Positions 11,943-21,796 of a stretch of DNA of 64,000 nucleotides are shown piece after piece (positions within the stretch are counted from its first letter, which is position 1; the number at the start of each line of letters is the position of its first letter). The notes under the pieces were generated by a model. The model did not search any database, was not told where the DNA came from, and worked only from the letters and a program-made list of their open reading frames with translations. Source of the stretch: Alphaproteobacteria bacterium. GTDB lineage: Bacteria; Pseudomonadota; Alphaproteobacteria; GCA-2731375. Position numbers and translations under genes: made by a program. The stretch covers positions 160,001 through 224,000 of the forward strand of contig CBDDBZ010000037.1 in NCBI GenBank assembly GCA_965225945.1, in the 5' to 3' direction.

Positions 11943-12419
11943 ATGTGGCGATCATTCAACTTGGCGATCTGCCTCGCGGTTTCGCTGCACGTCGGCCCGG
12001 CGGCGGCGGGCGACGAGGCGGCGTATCTCGTCGTCGATCGGCGAACTTGCGCCCGCCTGGTTCGACATCTGGCAGACGACGACGTCGCTTATCGAGGGGG
12101 CGTCGACGCCCGGGGCCGCGCCGTCGCGCCGGCGGACCTGGCGCCCGAGTTCGAGGTCCCGGTGCCGGCGGAGGTTGAGATCGCCCTGCTGGTGCCGCTG
12201 GAGGCGTTCGATGCGCGCCGCCCGCGCCGCGCCCGATTCCGGCGGCCGTGGCGCGTCCGCCGGTTTCGCCGCCGGGATCTGTTGGCCCGGGCGGAAGTGA
12301 ACCTCGGGCGGCTCACCTTCGAGTTGGCGAGCGGCGAAATTCGCTACAACGATCGCCCGCTGGAGCCCGCGCTGCTCACCAAATTTCGGGCCGCCTGCCG
12401 CCGCCTGACGACGCCCTGA
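11943..12419 (+). CDS. Hypothetical exported protein
   Basis: Signal-peptide-like N-terminus ending PAAAG, then a YRGGVDARGRAVAPADL segment; start chosen by inspection. Confidence 0.6.
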   Translation: MWRSFNLAICLAVSLHVGPAAAGDEAAYLVVDRRTCARLVRHLADDDVAYRGGVDARGRAVAPADLAPEFEVPVPAEVEIALLVPLEAFDARRPRRARFRRPWRVRRFRRRDLLARAEVNLGRLTFELASGEIRYNDRPLEPALLTKFRAACRRLTTP

Positions 12420-12536
12420 CGGGCAAGCGGGCCGGCGCGCGCCAGATCGCCCGCATGCGATAGAATCCAATCGATTCGTGCGCCGGACCCGGCGGGTCGG
12501 GCGCCAGACGTCAACGATGGATCCGAGGTAAAGCCG

Positions 12537-12842
12537 ATGTCCGAAGCAGTCATCCTCAACGACCATGCGGTGGAAATCGCTCGCCTGGCCAAGGCATTCT
12601 CCAACGACTCGCGGGTGCGGATCATCCGCTGCCTGGCGAGGGGCACCTGGCGGGTCCAGGAGATCGCGGCGGCGACGGGGCTGACCTACGGTGTCGTCTC
12701 GCAGCAGATCGTGACCTTGCGCCGGCTCGGCTACATCGCGGAATATCGCGAGGGCCTGCATGTCCGCCATGGCCTCGTCGGCCACCATATCCGCCAGATG
12801 CTCGACGCCTTCGGCTACATCTTCGAGGAGGCGGACGCGTGA
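12537..12842 (+). CDS. ArsR/SmtB-family transcriptional regulator
   Basis: KAFSNDSRVRII...VQEIAAATGL..VVSQQIVTLRRLG winged HTH pattern. Confidence 0.8.
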   Translation: MSEAVILNDHAVEIARLAKAFSNDSRVRIIRCLARGTWRVQEIAAATGLTYGVVSQQIVTLRRLGYIAEYREGLHVRHGLVGHHIRQMLDAFGYIFEEADA

Positions 12843-12861
12843 GCCGACGATCGCGCGACGA

Positions 12862-14112
12862 TCAATCGCGGCCCGCAATCCCGCGATTCAGATAGGCGGC
12901 CAGATGATCGCTCAGGTCGCGTGCGTCGTCGCCGGCGCCGTCGATCAGCGCGGACTTGCGACGGCGCAGGAACTGCATGCCCATCAAATAGAGGCCCGGC
13001 GCTTCGACCACGCCGCCGTCGTGGCGGATTCGCCCCTTGCGATCGAGCACCGGGATATGCAGCCACGAGAGGTCGGGGCGATAGCCGGTCGCCCAGATGA
13101 TCGTGCGAATTCCGGCGGCCTCGAGATCCATACCCAGCGGCGGCGCGGCCTCGACCTCGGTCGGCGGCAGGCGGTGCGGCGGCTCGACCTGGTCGTCGAG
13201 GCCATTCTCGCTGGCCCACGCGTCGATGGTACCCAGAAGCCGGTTCATCTTCAGATCGGACAAGGCGCACTGGTTGCGCAACGAGCCGGAGAATTGCGCC
13301 TTGCTCTCGCTCATGGCGGCGAGACGACCGATCAGTTTGACGCCGATTGCCGTGAGCGCGTTGAGGTCCAGGGTGAGGCGGGTGTCCGAGCCGGTGAGTT
13401 GCAATGACGGCACTCGGCGCGCCCGATTGATGTCGTCCATCTCGTCGTAGCGCTCGTCGTGGACGCCGGCGACGTCCATCCACCATTCGAGGTCCTTGCC
13501 CCGATAGAGGCGCGGCGCGCGGATGTGCTCGCCGACGGCGATGGTCACCGGACGGCCCGAGCGATGGATCTCGTCCGCGAGCTGCGTTCCGCTCGCCGAT
13601 GCGCCGACCACCAGCACGCCGCCATCGGGGAGTTGATCGGGGTTGCGATAGTCCATCGGCGTGAACGTGGCGATCGACGATGGTATCGCCTCGGCCACCT
13701 TGGGAAGGGTTGGAATGTTGCAGGCGCCGCTCGCCAGCACGACCGAGCGGCAGCGCCACTCGCCCCGGTCGGTCGCCACCAGATACCCGCCGTCGGCTCG
13801 GGCCACCGAGCTCACCGTGGTGTGGGTCTCGAGCGGCGCCGAGATGACCTCGGCGTAGCGGTCGAGGAAGGCGATGGTTTCCGGCATCGTCCGGTAGCCG
13901 TCGGGATCGTCGCCCCCATAGCCGAATCCCGGCAGCCGGCTCTGCCAGTTCGGCGTCAACAGCCGGAGCGAGTCCCAACGCTCGGTCCGCCACGAGTTGG
14001 CGACCTCGCCGCGTTCCAGCACGACGTGGTCGATCGCGCGCTTCGAGAGGCACCGACTCATGGCGAGCCCGGCGTGGCCGGCCCCGACCACGACGGTCGT
14101 GGTCTTACGAAC
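12862..14112 (-). CDS. Flavin-containing monooxygenase-like FAD/NAD(P) oxidoreductase; start codon uncertain
   Basis: GAGHAG and VGASASG dinucleotide-binding motifs, WDSLRLLTP, WATGY. Confidence 0.85.
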   Translation of the reverse strand, partial: VRKTTTVVVGAGHAGLAMSRCLSKRAIDHVVLERGEVANSWRTERWDSLRLLTPNWQSRLPGFGYGGDDPDGYRTMPETIAFLDRYAEVISAPLETHTTVSSVARADGGYLVATDRGEWRCRSVVLASGACNIPTLPKVAEAIPSSIATFTPMDYRNPDQLPDGGVLVVGASASGTQLADEIHRSGRPVTIAVGEHIRAPRLYRGKDLEWWMDVAGVHDERYDEMDDINRARRVPSLQLTGSDTRLTLDLNALTAIGVKLIGRLAAMSESKAQFSGSLRNQCALSDLKMNRLLGTIDAWASENGLDDQVEPPHRLPPTEVEAAPPLGMDLEAAGIRTIIWATGYRPDLSWLHIPVLDRKGRIRHDGGVVEAPGLYLMGMQFLRRRKSALIDGAGDDARDLSDHLAAYLNRGIAGRD

Positions 14113-15190
14113 GGTTCCGGTTCCTCAGGCTTCGAACCCGTCGCTCATTTCAACACGACGGTCACATTCGTCGGATTGGCGACGACGTCGTAAACCGCCG
14201 AACGCTTCTGCGACTGGGCGATGATCGCCTCGATGTCCTCGCGGCTGGCGTCGGCGTCGATGTCGTAAGTGATATTGATGCCGCCGAAGCCGTTGCGGAC
14301 CTCGTCGTCGATGCCGAGGATGCCTTGCAGGTCCATGTCGCCCTCGATCGTCGCGGTGACCGAGTTCAGTTGGATGTTGCGAAACTGGGCGACCGCGGCG
14401 ATGCCCGCCGTCAGACAACTGGCCAGCCCCACCAGGACGTATTCGACCGGCGTGGCACCCAGGTCCTCCGAGGCAAAAACCTCCGGGTGATCGGCATCGA
14501 AGGTAAAGGTCTTCGTAACTGCCCAGGTAGCTGATTTCGATGAGGCTGCGGATTGGGTCTCTGGGGGCAGATTTTGTGGGTTTGGGGCGCTGACGGCCTA
14601 GATTTCGTTTGACAGAGGGTGGTTGGTCGATTCTAAGGATTCGATGGATAGGGATGTTCTTGCCTTTTTGTCGAAAGACGAGCTGATCGATGTGGTGCTG
14701 GCCCAAGGGTCGCGGCTCGCCGAGTTCGAACTCCGGCTTGGTGAACTCGAGCGCCGGCTTGGCCTGAACAGCACGAACAGCGGCAAGCCACCGTCGAGCG
14801 ATGGATTGAACAAGCCACCGGCGGGTAAAAAGAAGCGCACCAGGAGCCTCCGTAAGAAATCGGCCCGCAAGCCGGGCGGGCAAAAGGGCCACAAGGGCGA
14901 GACCCTGCGCCAAGTCGCCGATCCCGACGCCACCGTCGACCATTATCCCGAGACGTGCCAGTGGTGTGGTTCGGGATTGACGCCGGATATGGCTACCGGC
15001 CATGGGGCCCGCCAGGTTTTCGATCTACCCGAGCCCCGGCCCCTGGTGGTCACGGAGCATCGGGCGCATCGCTGCCGTTGCGGGCATTGCGGCACGTACA
15101 CTCGGGCTTCTTTTCCCGTCGCCATCACCGGCCCGGTTCAATACGGCGCTCGGATCGGAGCCATGGTGGTCTACCTGTCGCACTACCAAC

Positions 15191-15977
15191 CTTGCCTATC
15201 CGGTTATCACCCACACCCACTATATGTAGTGTGTCTCCTTGGACTGCAGGCAAGGGCCGGCGCAGGCGCATTGAGGAGGCGATCCGGCTAATTCTTGATT
15301 GTTCTGAAAACCGAACCGGAGTTTAATTCACGTCACGTACTTAACATCGGGGGACGGAACGGTGGCGACCAAGGGAAAAACGAAGAAACCCACGGCCAGA
15401 CGGGAAGCTGCTGATGAAACGACATCGTCTGAGCGATTGACGGCACTAGTCGAACCCACTATATGTAGTGTGTCTCCCCAGGACTGCAAAGCGACGCGCT
15501 GGCACGAATCGTTGCGAAGAACCCGTCCGCGCCTGTTAGTCTCCTGCGCGTTTTGAGTCGCAGCGAAGACGAAGCGACACGCAAGAACGTGATCCTCAAT
15601 CCGTTTACTTCATATGACGTATTGAGCGAACTTGAAAACCAGTTCACAGAGCTATTTGTGAATAATCCGGCACTCGAATCCTACAATTCAATGAAGCTCT
15701 GATTTCCTGGAATATTCCATCGGTGTCGTTCACCTCCGATTTCAGATAAATTTCAATGAAGTGACGGTCCTTTATGCAACGTGGCGTTTTGCCAAATCCG
15801 ACTCAATGATTAGGATTTCCACCACGCTAAAGTGTCGCCTAAAAGGCGCTACAATGCCGTCCGAGTCCCTGCTCGGCATCGCCGGAGATATCTCCGCTTC
15901 GACCTGCACCGAGCTTTACTCAGGAAAATGGGTGCACACTACATATAGTGGGTGTGGGTGATAACCGGATAGGCAAG
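15191..15977. mobile_element. Non-autonomous TIR element with passenger gene, copy 1 (787 bp)
   Basis: Perfect 43-bp TIRs at 15191-15233 and 15935-15977; perfect 8-bp TSD CTACCAAC; no transposase; near-identical to 30311-31065. Confidence 0.95.
15362..15702 (+). pseudogene. LRV/HEAT-repeat passenger gene frameshifted by a TIR-derived insert
   Basis: Same sequence as 30482-30790 except that 33 nt (15455-15487) replace a single G. Confidence 0.8.
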
Positions 15978-17230
15978 CTACCAACTCCTGCCCGAGGACC
16001 GCCTGGCTGAATTGATGAAGGATCTGTTCGGGGCGGAACTGTCTCCGGCGAGCCTCGCGCGGATGGGCGGGAACAGCGCCGAGTCCGTCCAAGGCGTCGT
16101 CGATGTGATCCGCGAACTGGTGAAATCGGCGCCGGTCAAGCACATGGACGAGACCGGCTTGCGGATCGCCGGGCGGACCCAATGGTTGCACGTCGCCTCG
16201 ACCGCGCGGTTGACCTTCTATCGGGTCTCGGAGCGACGCGGCAGCCTGCTCGGCGGAGTCGGCGGCATCGTCGTCCATGACCACTGGAAGCCGTACTTTA
16301 CGATGGAGGGCGTACGGCACGCGCTGTGCAACGCCCATCACCTGCGCGAGTTGCAAGCCCTGATCGAGATCGAGAAGGAGGGCTGGGCACGCAAGATGCA
16401 GAGACTATTGCGCCGCGCCTGCCACGCGGTAAATCTCGCCCGGGAGCGGGGCGTGGCGCTGAAACCAGGCCTCGTCGAGCGCTTCCGAGGGTGTTACGAC
16501 GCGATCACGGCCGAGGGCATCGCCTTTCACGAGGCACAACCTCCTCTTGCGCCCAGATCGAGCAAGGCCAAGCGCCGGGGAAGCAAGCCGCGCCGCACCG
16601 GGCACAACCTTCTCCGGCGCCTTCAGACACACAAGGAAGACGCGCTGCGCTTCCTCATCAATTTCGCCGTGCCGTTCACCAACAATCAGGCCGAGCAGGA
16701 CGGGCGCATGATGAAGGTCAAGCAGAAAATCTCCGGCGGCTTCCGCAGCCAGAAAGGCGCCGAAGACTTTGCCACCGTCCGCGGCTTCATCTCGACCGCC
16801 AGAAAACAGGGCTGGAACATCATCCAGGCGCTCATGGAAAATCCCGAAACCCTGATCGAGCGTCTCCACGCCGCCTAAAAGGCCACCATGTACCTGGGCA
16901 GTTACAGGTCTTCTTGTGCATGTGCTCTTCGCCGAGGCCGAAGAAGCCTTCGACGGTCGAATGGCTGTAGGTGCCGTTCTTCCATTCGCAGGACGCGCGC
17001 CACATGAACTGGGCCGCTTCGGGCGCATCGGTCAGCGCCGTGCGCGCGCCGATCAGATGCTCGACGTTGACGCCGTTATTCGCTGTGCTTCCACCCTCGG
17101 ACATGTCGCCACTCCCTCTGTTGCCGCCAAGATGTTCCCTCTGCCCTGCACCATAGCAATGACAATGGTCGGGCGTCCAGGGAGCAATATCGGCGGGGTC
17201 CGGACCGACCTCGCGAGCCATTGCCGGCGG

Positions 17231-18124
17231 TCAGGCGCAAGCCACGCGCCGTCCCGTTCGGCAATATTCCTCGATCCACGCGGTCCGATTTTCACCATCG
17301 GACCAGAGCAGCGGAAAGAAGCTCTCGTCGAGGCTAGGATCGCCGGTGCGCTGATAGCGCCGGTAGATGTAGCCGCCCGGCTTGTCGGAGAACTCCGCGT
17401 GGCTCGGTATCATGTGAACGCCGACGGAGCGCCGGATCCGCTCGGCCGACGCGTTGGGGCCGGAGCCATGCCAGATTTCGCCGGCATGAAACACGCAAGA
17501 GCCGGCGGGCACCTCGATGGCGAGGGGTTCGGGCGCCGTGATGCCGGCCGCGCTCGCCGCATGGTGCATCGCCGCGCGGTAGTCGTCGGGGGCAAGAAAA
17601 TCCGCTGGTATGGCTGTCAGCGGCCAGTGATGGGAGCCCGGAACATATTCGATCGTCCCGGCTTCGGCCCATGTGTCGTCGAGCGTGAACCAGCACGTGA
17701 GCGTTTGCTGGGGGCGCAGAAAATCCAGAAACGAGGTGTCTTGGTGGAGCGTCACGGCTTTCGCTCCGGGCGGCTTCCACCAGATCGTGTCCTGGCCGAG
17801 CTTGACCCCCGGCCACTGGCCGAGGACGCCGGCCGCCCGCCCGATATCGGGTGACAGCGCGAGACGAGCGATCGTCAAGTCGGACTTCCAGGCATTGCAC
17901 ATGTGCCGGGTCACGTCCGGCAGAGAGATACCTTCGCGCCAATGCCATTCGTCGGGATAGACGCCGGTGTCGAAATCACCCGCGAACAGGCGCGGAAAGC
18001 AATCTCTGAGCCGCTGGACCCGCTCGTCGCTCAAGACCTTCGGGACGACCAGAAAGCCTTCGCGCTCGAAGCTCTCGACGCCTGAGGCCGAGATCTCTTC
18101 CAACCGCGGGATGTGCCAGGCCAT
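17231..18124 (-). CDS. Phytanoyl-CoA dioxygenase (PhyH) family protein
   Basis: KPPG...LHQD, AGTIEYVPGSH and WHGSGPN motifs of the Fe(II)/2-oxoglutarate fold. Confidence 0.9.
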   Translation of the reverse strand: MAWHIPRLEEISASGVESFEREGFLVVPKVLSDERVQRLRDCFPRLFAGDFDTGVYPDEWHWREGISLPDVTRHMCNAWKSDLTIARLALSPDIGRAAGVLGQWPGVKLGQDTIWWKPPGAKAVTLHQDTSFLDFLRPQQTLTCWFTLDDTWAEAGTIEYVPGSHHWPLTAIPADFLAPDDYRAAMHHAASAAGITAPEPLAIEVPAGSCVFHAGEIWHGSGPNASAERIRRSVGVHMIPSHAEFSDKPGGYIYRRYQRTGDPSLDESFFPLLWSDGENRTAWIEEYCRTGRRVACA

Positions 18125-18292
18125 TATGCTCTCGCTTCCATCTGAGGCGCGATGGCCGATTATATGTCGCGTATTCGGGAGGTGAAAGCGGCCTTCTCGA
18201 TCACCGGCCGCCATCACCCGCCGATCGCCGAGGGCGAAGCGGCCGGGCAATAGCACTCGACAAAACGGCGACTCCCCCGCCCGGCGGCGTCC

Positions 18293-20320
18293 TCAGGCGG
18301 CCTTTTCCTCCTCGCGCTGGGAAATCACCTGCTCGGCGAGGCGGCCGGTCAACTCCTGCAGGCGATCGAAATGCGCCACATAAGACGCGACGCCCTGGGT
18401 CAGCGAGCGCAACTCGACGATGATGTCGTGCATCTCCAATTCCGGGATGGTACCGCTGACCACGTCCCAGCCGCTCCAGCCCGGCCGCACATCGAAGCCC
18501 AGCACCTGGCCGCGCCGCCCGCTCAGCACCTGGTTGATCCGGGGCGTGAACTCCGATGGCACCATGACGTCGATCCGCATGATCGGCTCCAGCAGCACCG
18601 GATCGCACTTCGGCATGCCCTCGGACATGGCGATCCGCGCCGCCGTCCTGAAGGCAATTTCCGAGCTGTCCACCGCATGGAACTGGCCGTCGTAGAGCTC
18701 GACCTGGAGGTCGACCACGGGAAAGCCGAGCGGGCCTTTGGCGAGGTAGTCCTTGACCCCGTTTTCGACCGCCGGGATGTACTGCCGGGGCACCACGCCG
18801 CCGACGATCGAATTCTTGAACTCGAAGCCGGTCCCGCGTGGCTGCGGCTTTATGGTCAAGTGGACGTCGCCGAACTGGCCGTGGCCGCCCGACTGCTTCT
18901 TGTGCCGGCCGTGCTGATCCACCGACTTGCGGATCGCCTCCATGTAAGGGACGCGCGGGCGCCGGGTCGAGACGGCCAAGCCGTATTTGTGCCGCAAGCG
19001 ATCGACCGCGACGCGGAGGTGGATGTCCCCTTGGCCGCGCAGGACGAGTTCGCGCGTCGCCTCCATCTGCTCGTAGATCAAGGAGGGATCCTCGTCCGAG
19101 AGCTTGGAGAGCGCGCCCGAAAGCTTGACCTCGTCGTCCCGTTTGTCGGCCGAGATGGCGAGCGAGAACACCGGCGTCAGGGTATCCTCGGCGGCGAGCT
19201 CCGGCGCCTCCTTGCCGTCGCTCAGGACCTGGCCGGTGACGGCGGAATCGAGGCGGGCGAGACCCACCACCGCGCCCGGTCCCGCCTCGGCGATCTTTTC
19301 CGTGCCGTGGCCGAGCATGCGGAAGAGGCCGGCGACGCGCTCCCCGTTCAAGCTCATGCCGTCCTTCACCACGCCGCACCAAACCCGCGAGATCGAAAGC
19401 TTGCCGGCATGGGGGGTGTGGATGGTCTTGAGCACCTGGGCGACGACACCATCGCCAAATTCGCCCTGGCGCGCCGCCGCCACCTCAGCCCCCGGCACCT
19501 CGTGGCGCAGGAACTTCAGCAGGCGGCGGACGCCGTGGTCGAGTTCGGCGGAGCCGAGTAGCACCGGCACGATTTGGCCGTCCTGGAAGGCGTTGGTGAG
19601 GTTGGCGTAAATCTCGCCGTCCTCCAGCGTTATGTCCTCCAGCACCTTCTCCATCAACTCGTCGTCGAAATCGGCGAGCGTCTCCAGCATCGCGTAACGC
19701 GCGGTCTCGAAATCGTCGCTCGAGTCCGCCGGCAGCTCGATCGGCTCGGAGGCCGCGTTGGCCTTGTAGGAGAAGACCCGTCGGCTCGCCAGATCGACAT
19801 AGCCGCCGACGGCCTCGCCGTTCGCGAGTGGCATGTGACGGAGCACCAGGGGGGCGTCCGACATCGGCCCGAGCGCGTCCAACAGGCCCGGAATATCGCC
19901 GTTTTCCCTGTCGACCTTGTTGACGAAGAGGAGCCGGGGAATGTCGTGATCCGCCAGGATCTTCAGCAACGGCACGGCGGCCAGGGCCTTGCCCGGGTCC
20001 GGCTCGACCACGACGATGGCGCCATCGACGCCGACGATGGCATTGCGGCTCTCTTGCAGCAGCTCGACGGAGCCGGGGCAGTCGAGGAAGGCGAGGCTAT
20101 CGTCGAGGAAGCTCGTGACGGCGACGTTGACCTCGGTCCCCATGCCGCGCTCGCGGGATTCCGGCGCGCTGTCGCCGACGGTGTTGCCGGCGCTCTGCGT
20201 ACCTTTTCGTCCGATCGCCCCGGTGGCGAATAGAATGCTTTCGAGGAGCGTCGTCTTACCGCTGAGATAGGGACCCAGGATGGCGACGCTCCTCGGTCCG
20301 GTGGGCTTCGAAGTGCTCAT
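18293..20320 (-). CDS. Elongation factor G-like GTPase (EF-G paralogue)
   Basis: GPYLSGKTT, DCPG, NKVD, HKKQSGGHGQFGDV and HAVDSSE motifs; not in a ribosomal protein operon. Confidence 0.92.
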   Translation of the reverse strand: MSTSKPTGPRSVAILGPYLSGKTTLLESILFATGAIGRKGTQSAGNTVGDSAPESRERGMGTEVNVAVTSFLDDSLAFLDCPGSVELLQESRNAIVGVDGAIVVVEPDPGKALAAVPLLKILADHDIPRLLFVNKVDRENGDIPGLLDALGPMSDAPLVLRHMPLANGEAVGGYVDLASRRVFSYKANAASEPIELPADSSDDFETARYAMLETLADFDDELMEKVLEDITLEDGEIYANLTNAFQDGQIVPVLLGSAELDHGVRRLLKFLRHEVPGAEVAAARQGEFGDGVVAQVLKTIHTPHAGKLSISRVWCGVVKDGMSLNGERVAGLFRMLGHGTEKIAEAGPGAVVGLARLDSAVTGQVLSDGKEAPELAAEDTLTPVFSLAISADKRDDEVKLSGALSKLSDEDPSLIYEQMEATRELVLRGQGDIHLRVAVDRLRHKYGLAVSTRRPRVPYMEAIRKSVDQHGRHKKQSGGHGQFGDVHLTIKPQPRGTGFEFKNSIVGGVVPRQYIPAVENGVKDYLAKGPLGFPVVDLQVELYDGQFHAVDSSEIAFRTAARIAMSEGMPKCDPVLLEPIMRIDVMVPSEFTPRINQVLSGRRGQVLGFDVRPGWSGWDVVSGTIPELEMHDIIVELRSLTQGVASYVAHFDRLQELTGRLAEQVISQREEEKAA

Positions 20321-20466
20321 GGTGTTGGCCTTTCCCTGGATTATTGTCGTGCTATCCGCCCCTCCCGGACGGTTTTCCATCGATCGGCCGGAGCCCGGCC
20401 GATCCCTGACCGTATGGTTTCAAATCCGGGGCGGGACGCGCAAGGAGAAAGCGACGTCCCGACCCA

Positions 20467-21396
20467 TCATCGCTCGCCCGCGCGCCCCTCGGCCCAGGGT
20501 TTGAGCGCCGCATACATCACCCGGTGCAGCGGCGCCGCCAGCCCGTGCTTTTCGGCCAACCGCCAGACCGCGCCCGAGAGCCACTCGACTTCCAGCCGTT
20601 TGCCCTGCTCCAGGTCCATCGCCATGGAGGCGCGGGTCCCGGGCGCCATGTTGTCGGCGACGGCGACGATGTTGGCCACCTCGTCGCCCAGATCATGGCC
20701 CTCCGCCGCCGCGACGCGCACCACCTCCTCGGCCGCGTCGGCGAAGAGTTGGCGCATCACCGGATCCTCCCGGATCGGCCCGATGGTCTGGCGGGTGAGC
20801 GCGGTGACGCCGGCCATGGTGGCGAGGAAGACGAACTTGCGCCAGATCAGGTCACAGATGTCGCCCGAGAGCCTAGCATCGATGCTGGCCTCGCGCGCCG
20901 CCTCGTCGAAGGCGCGCAGCCGCGGGCTCCTCTCGCCGTCGAGCTCGCCGAAGGCGATCGCCGGGGCAATGGCGAAATGCTGGACGACGCCGGGCGCGAC
21001 GATGCCGCCGGAGATGTAGGCGACGCCGCCGACGACGTGATCGGCGCCCAGGATCGGGGTCAAGCGGTGTTCGGAGTCGATGCCGTTCAACAGCGAGATC
21101 ACCGCCGTCTCCGGTCCGATCAGCGCCCGGCAGGCTTCGCCCGCGCTCTCGACGTCCCAGAGCTTGGTGGCGAAGAGCACGATGTCGACGGGGCCGATCT
21201 CGCCCGCTTGGTCGCTGGCCCGGGCCGGCCGGACATGGACGTCGCCGGTGCTGGCGCTCCTGATCTCCAGGCCCCTCTCGCGGATCGCCGCTAAGTGCGC
21301 GCCCCGGGCGAGGAAGCCGACGTCGAGCCCGGCCGCCGCCAGCTTGGCGCCGAAATAGCCACCGACGCCGCCGCTCCCCAGCACCGCGATTTTCAT
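20467..21396 (-). CDS. 2-dehydropantoate 2-reductase (ApbA/PanE family)
   Basis: MKIAVLGSGGVGG, LLNGI, IWRKF and SMAMDLEQGKRLEV motifs. Confidence 0.9.
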   Translation of the reverse strand: MKIAVLGSGGVGGYFGAKLAAAGLDVGFLARGAHLAAIRERGLEIRSASTGDVHVRPARASDQAGEIGPVDIVLFATKLWDVESAGEACRALIGPETAVISLLNGIDSEHRLTPILGADHVVGGVAYISGGIVAPGVVQHFAIAPAIAFGELDGERSPRLRAFDEAAREASIDARLSGDICDLIWRKFVFLATMAGVTALTRQTIGPIREDPVMRQLFADAAEEVVRVAAAEGHDLGDEVANIVAVADNMAPGTRASMAMDLEQGKRLEVEWLSGAVWRLAEKHGLAAPLHRVMYAALKPWAEGRAGER

Positions 21397-21400
21397 GCCC

Positions 21401-21703
21401 TCACCCCTTGTCCGCGAGAGCTACCAGCGCGGCGTCGATATCGCCGCCGGTCAGCGACCAGGTGTTGTCGAGATAGGCGATCACCTCGGCCATGAAGGCC
21501 TCGTGCAGCGCCAGCGCCCGCTGGTCGTCGCCCAGATGGTCGGCCAGCATCGCCAGCGCCAGTTGGGCGGGCGAAGCCCCCTCGTAGGTCCATTCGAAGC
21601 CGAGATCGGTGATCCGCTTCAGATCCGTCCTCGCTTCGAGGGGCCGGCCGTCGACCAGCACCTCGATGCCGTCGATGGTGCGGTCGCCCCGATAGGTCTT
21701 CAT
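21401..21703 (-). CDS. Small conserved protein (DUF6166-like)
   Basis: GFEWTYEGASPAQLALAMLAD motif; GGAGAG RBS upstream. Confidence 0.7.
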   Translation of the reverse strand: MKTYRGDRTIDGIEVLVDGRPLEARTDLKRITDLGFEWTYEGASPAQLALAMLADHLGDDQRALALHEAFMAEVIAYLDNTWSLTGGDIDAALVALADKG

Positions 21704-21796
21704 GCTCTCCCTCCCCGAGCCGCGGACCGAGAGCCTTCGATATTAGCCGAAAGGCCTCAGGCGTCGAGGGCCGCCCGCGTGATCGCCTCGACGCTG

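Larger units (their letters stand above)
14644..16878 (+). pseudogene. IS66-family transposase split by the 787-bp insert
   Basis: NSTNSGKPPSSDG, GGQKGHKG, MDETG, HALCNAHHLREL and FTNNQAE motifs; rejoins as HYQ|LLPEDRL into 479 aa. Confidence 0.93.
14515..16905 (+). mobile_element. IS66-family element, itself interrupted by a non-autonomous TIR element
   Basis: 15-bp TIR GTAACTGCCCAGGTA / TACCTGGGCAGTTAC; perfect 8-bp TSD AGGTCTTC at 14507-14514 and 16906-16913. Confidence 0.95.
14145..17104 (-). pseudogene. OsmC-family protein interrupted by IS66
   Basis: Removing the IS and one TSD rejoins 17104-16906 with 14506-14145 into an open 186-aa frame (MSEGG...HKKTFTFDADHPEVF...TPVEYVLVGLASCL...RSAVYD). 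Confidence 0.9.

Noticed and set aside
14125-14127. In-frame TGA as a selenocysteine codon
   Set aside because: It lies in a non-catalytic N-terminal stretch with no convincing SECIS hairpin downstream.
15761-15961. 66-aa ORF (also 30849-31049) and 62/95-aa antisense ORFs inside the TIR element
   Set aside because: No clear RBS or motif; one runs into the TIR and the others are antisense to the passenger gene.
15191-15977. Possible CRISPR array from three recurrences of CCCACTATATGTAGTGTG
   Set aside because: Two are inverted TIRs, spacing is hundreds of bp and irregular, and no cas genes are present.
18293-20320. Divergent G1 motif of the EF-G-like protein as a novelty
   Set aside because: Second EF-G paralogues with altered G motifs are well known.
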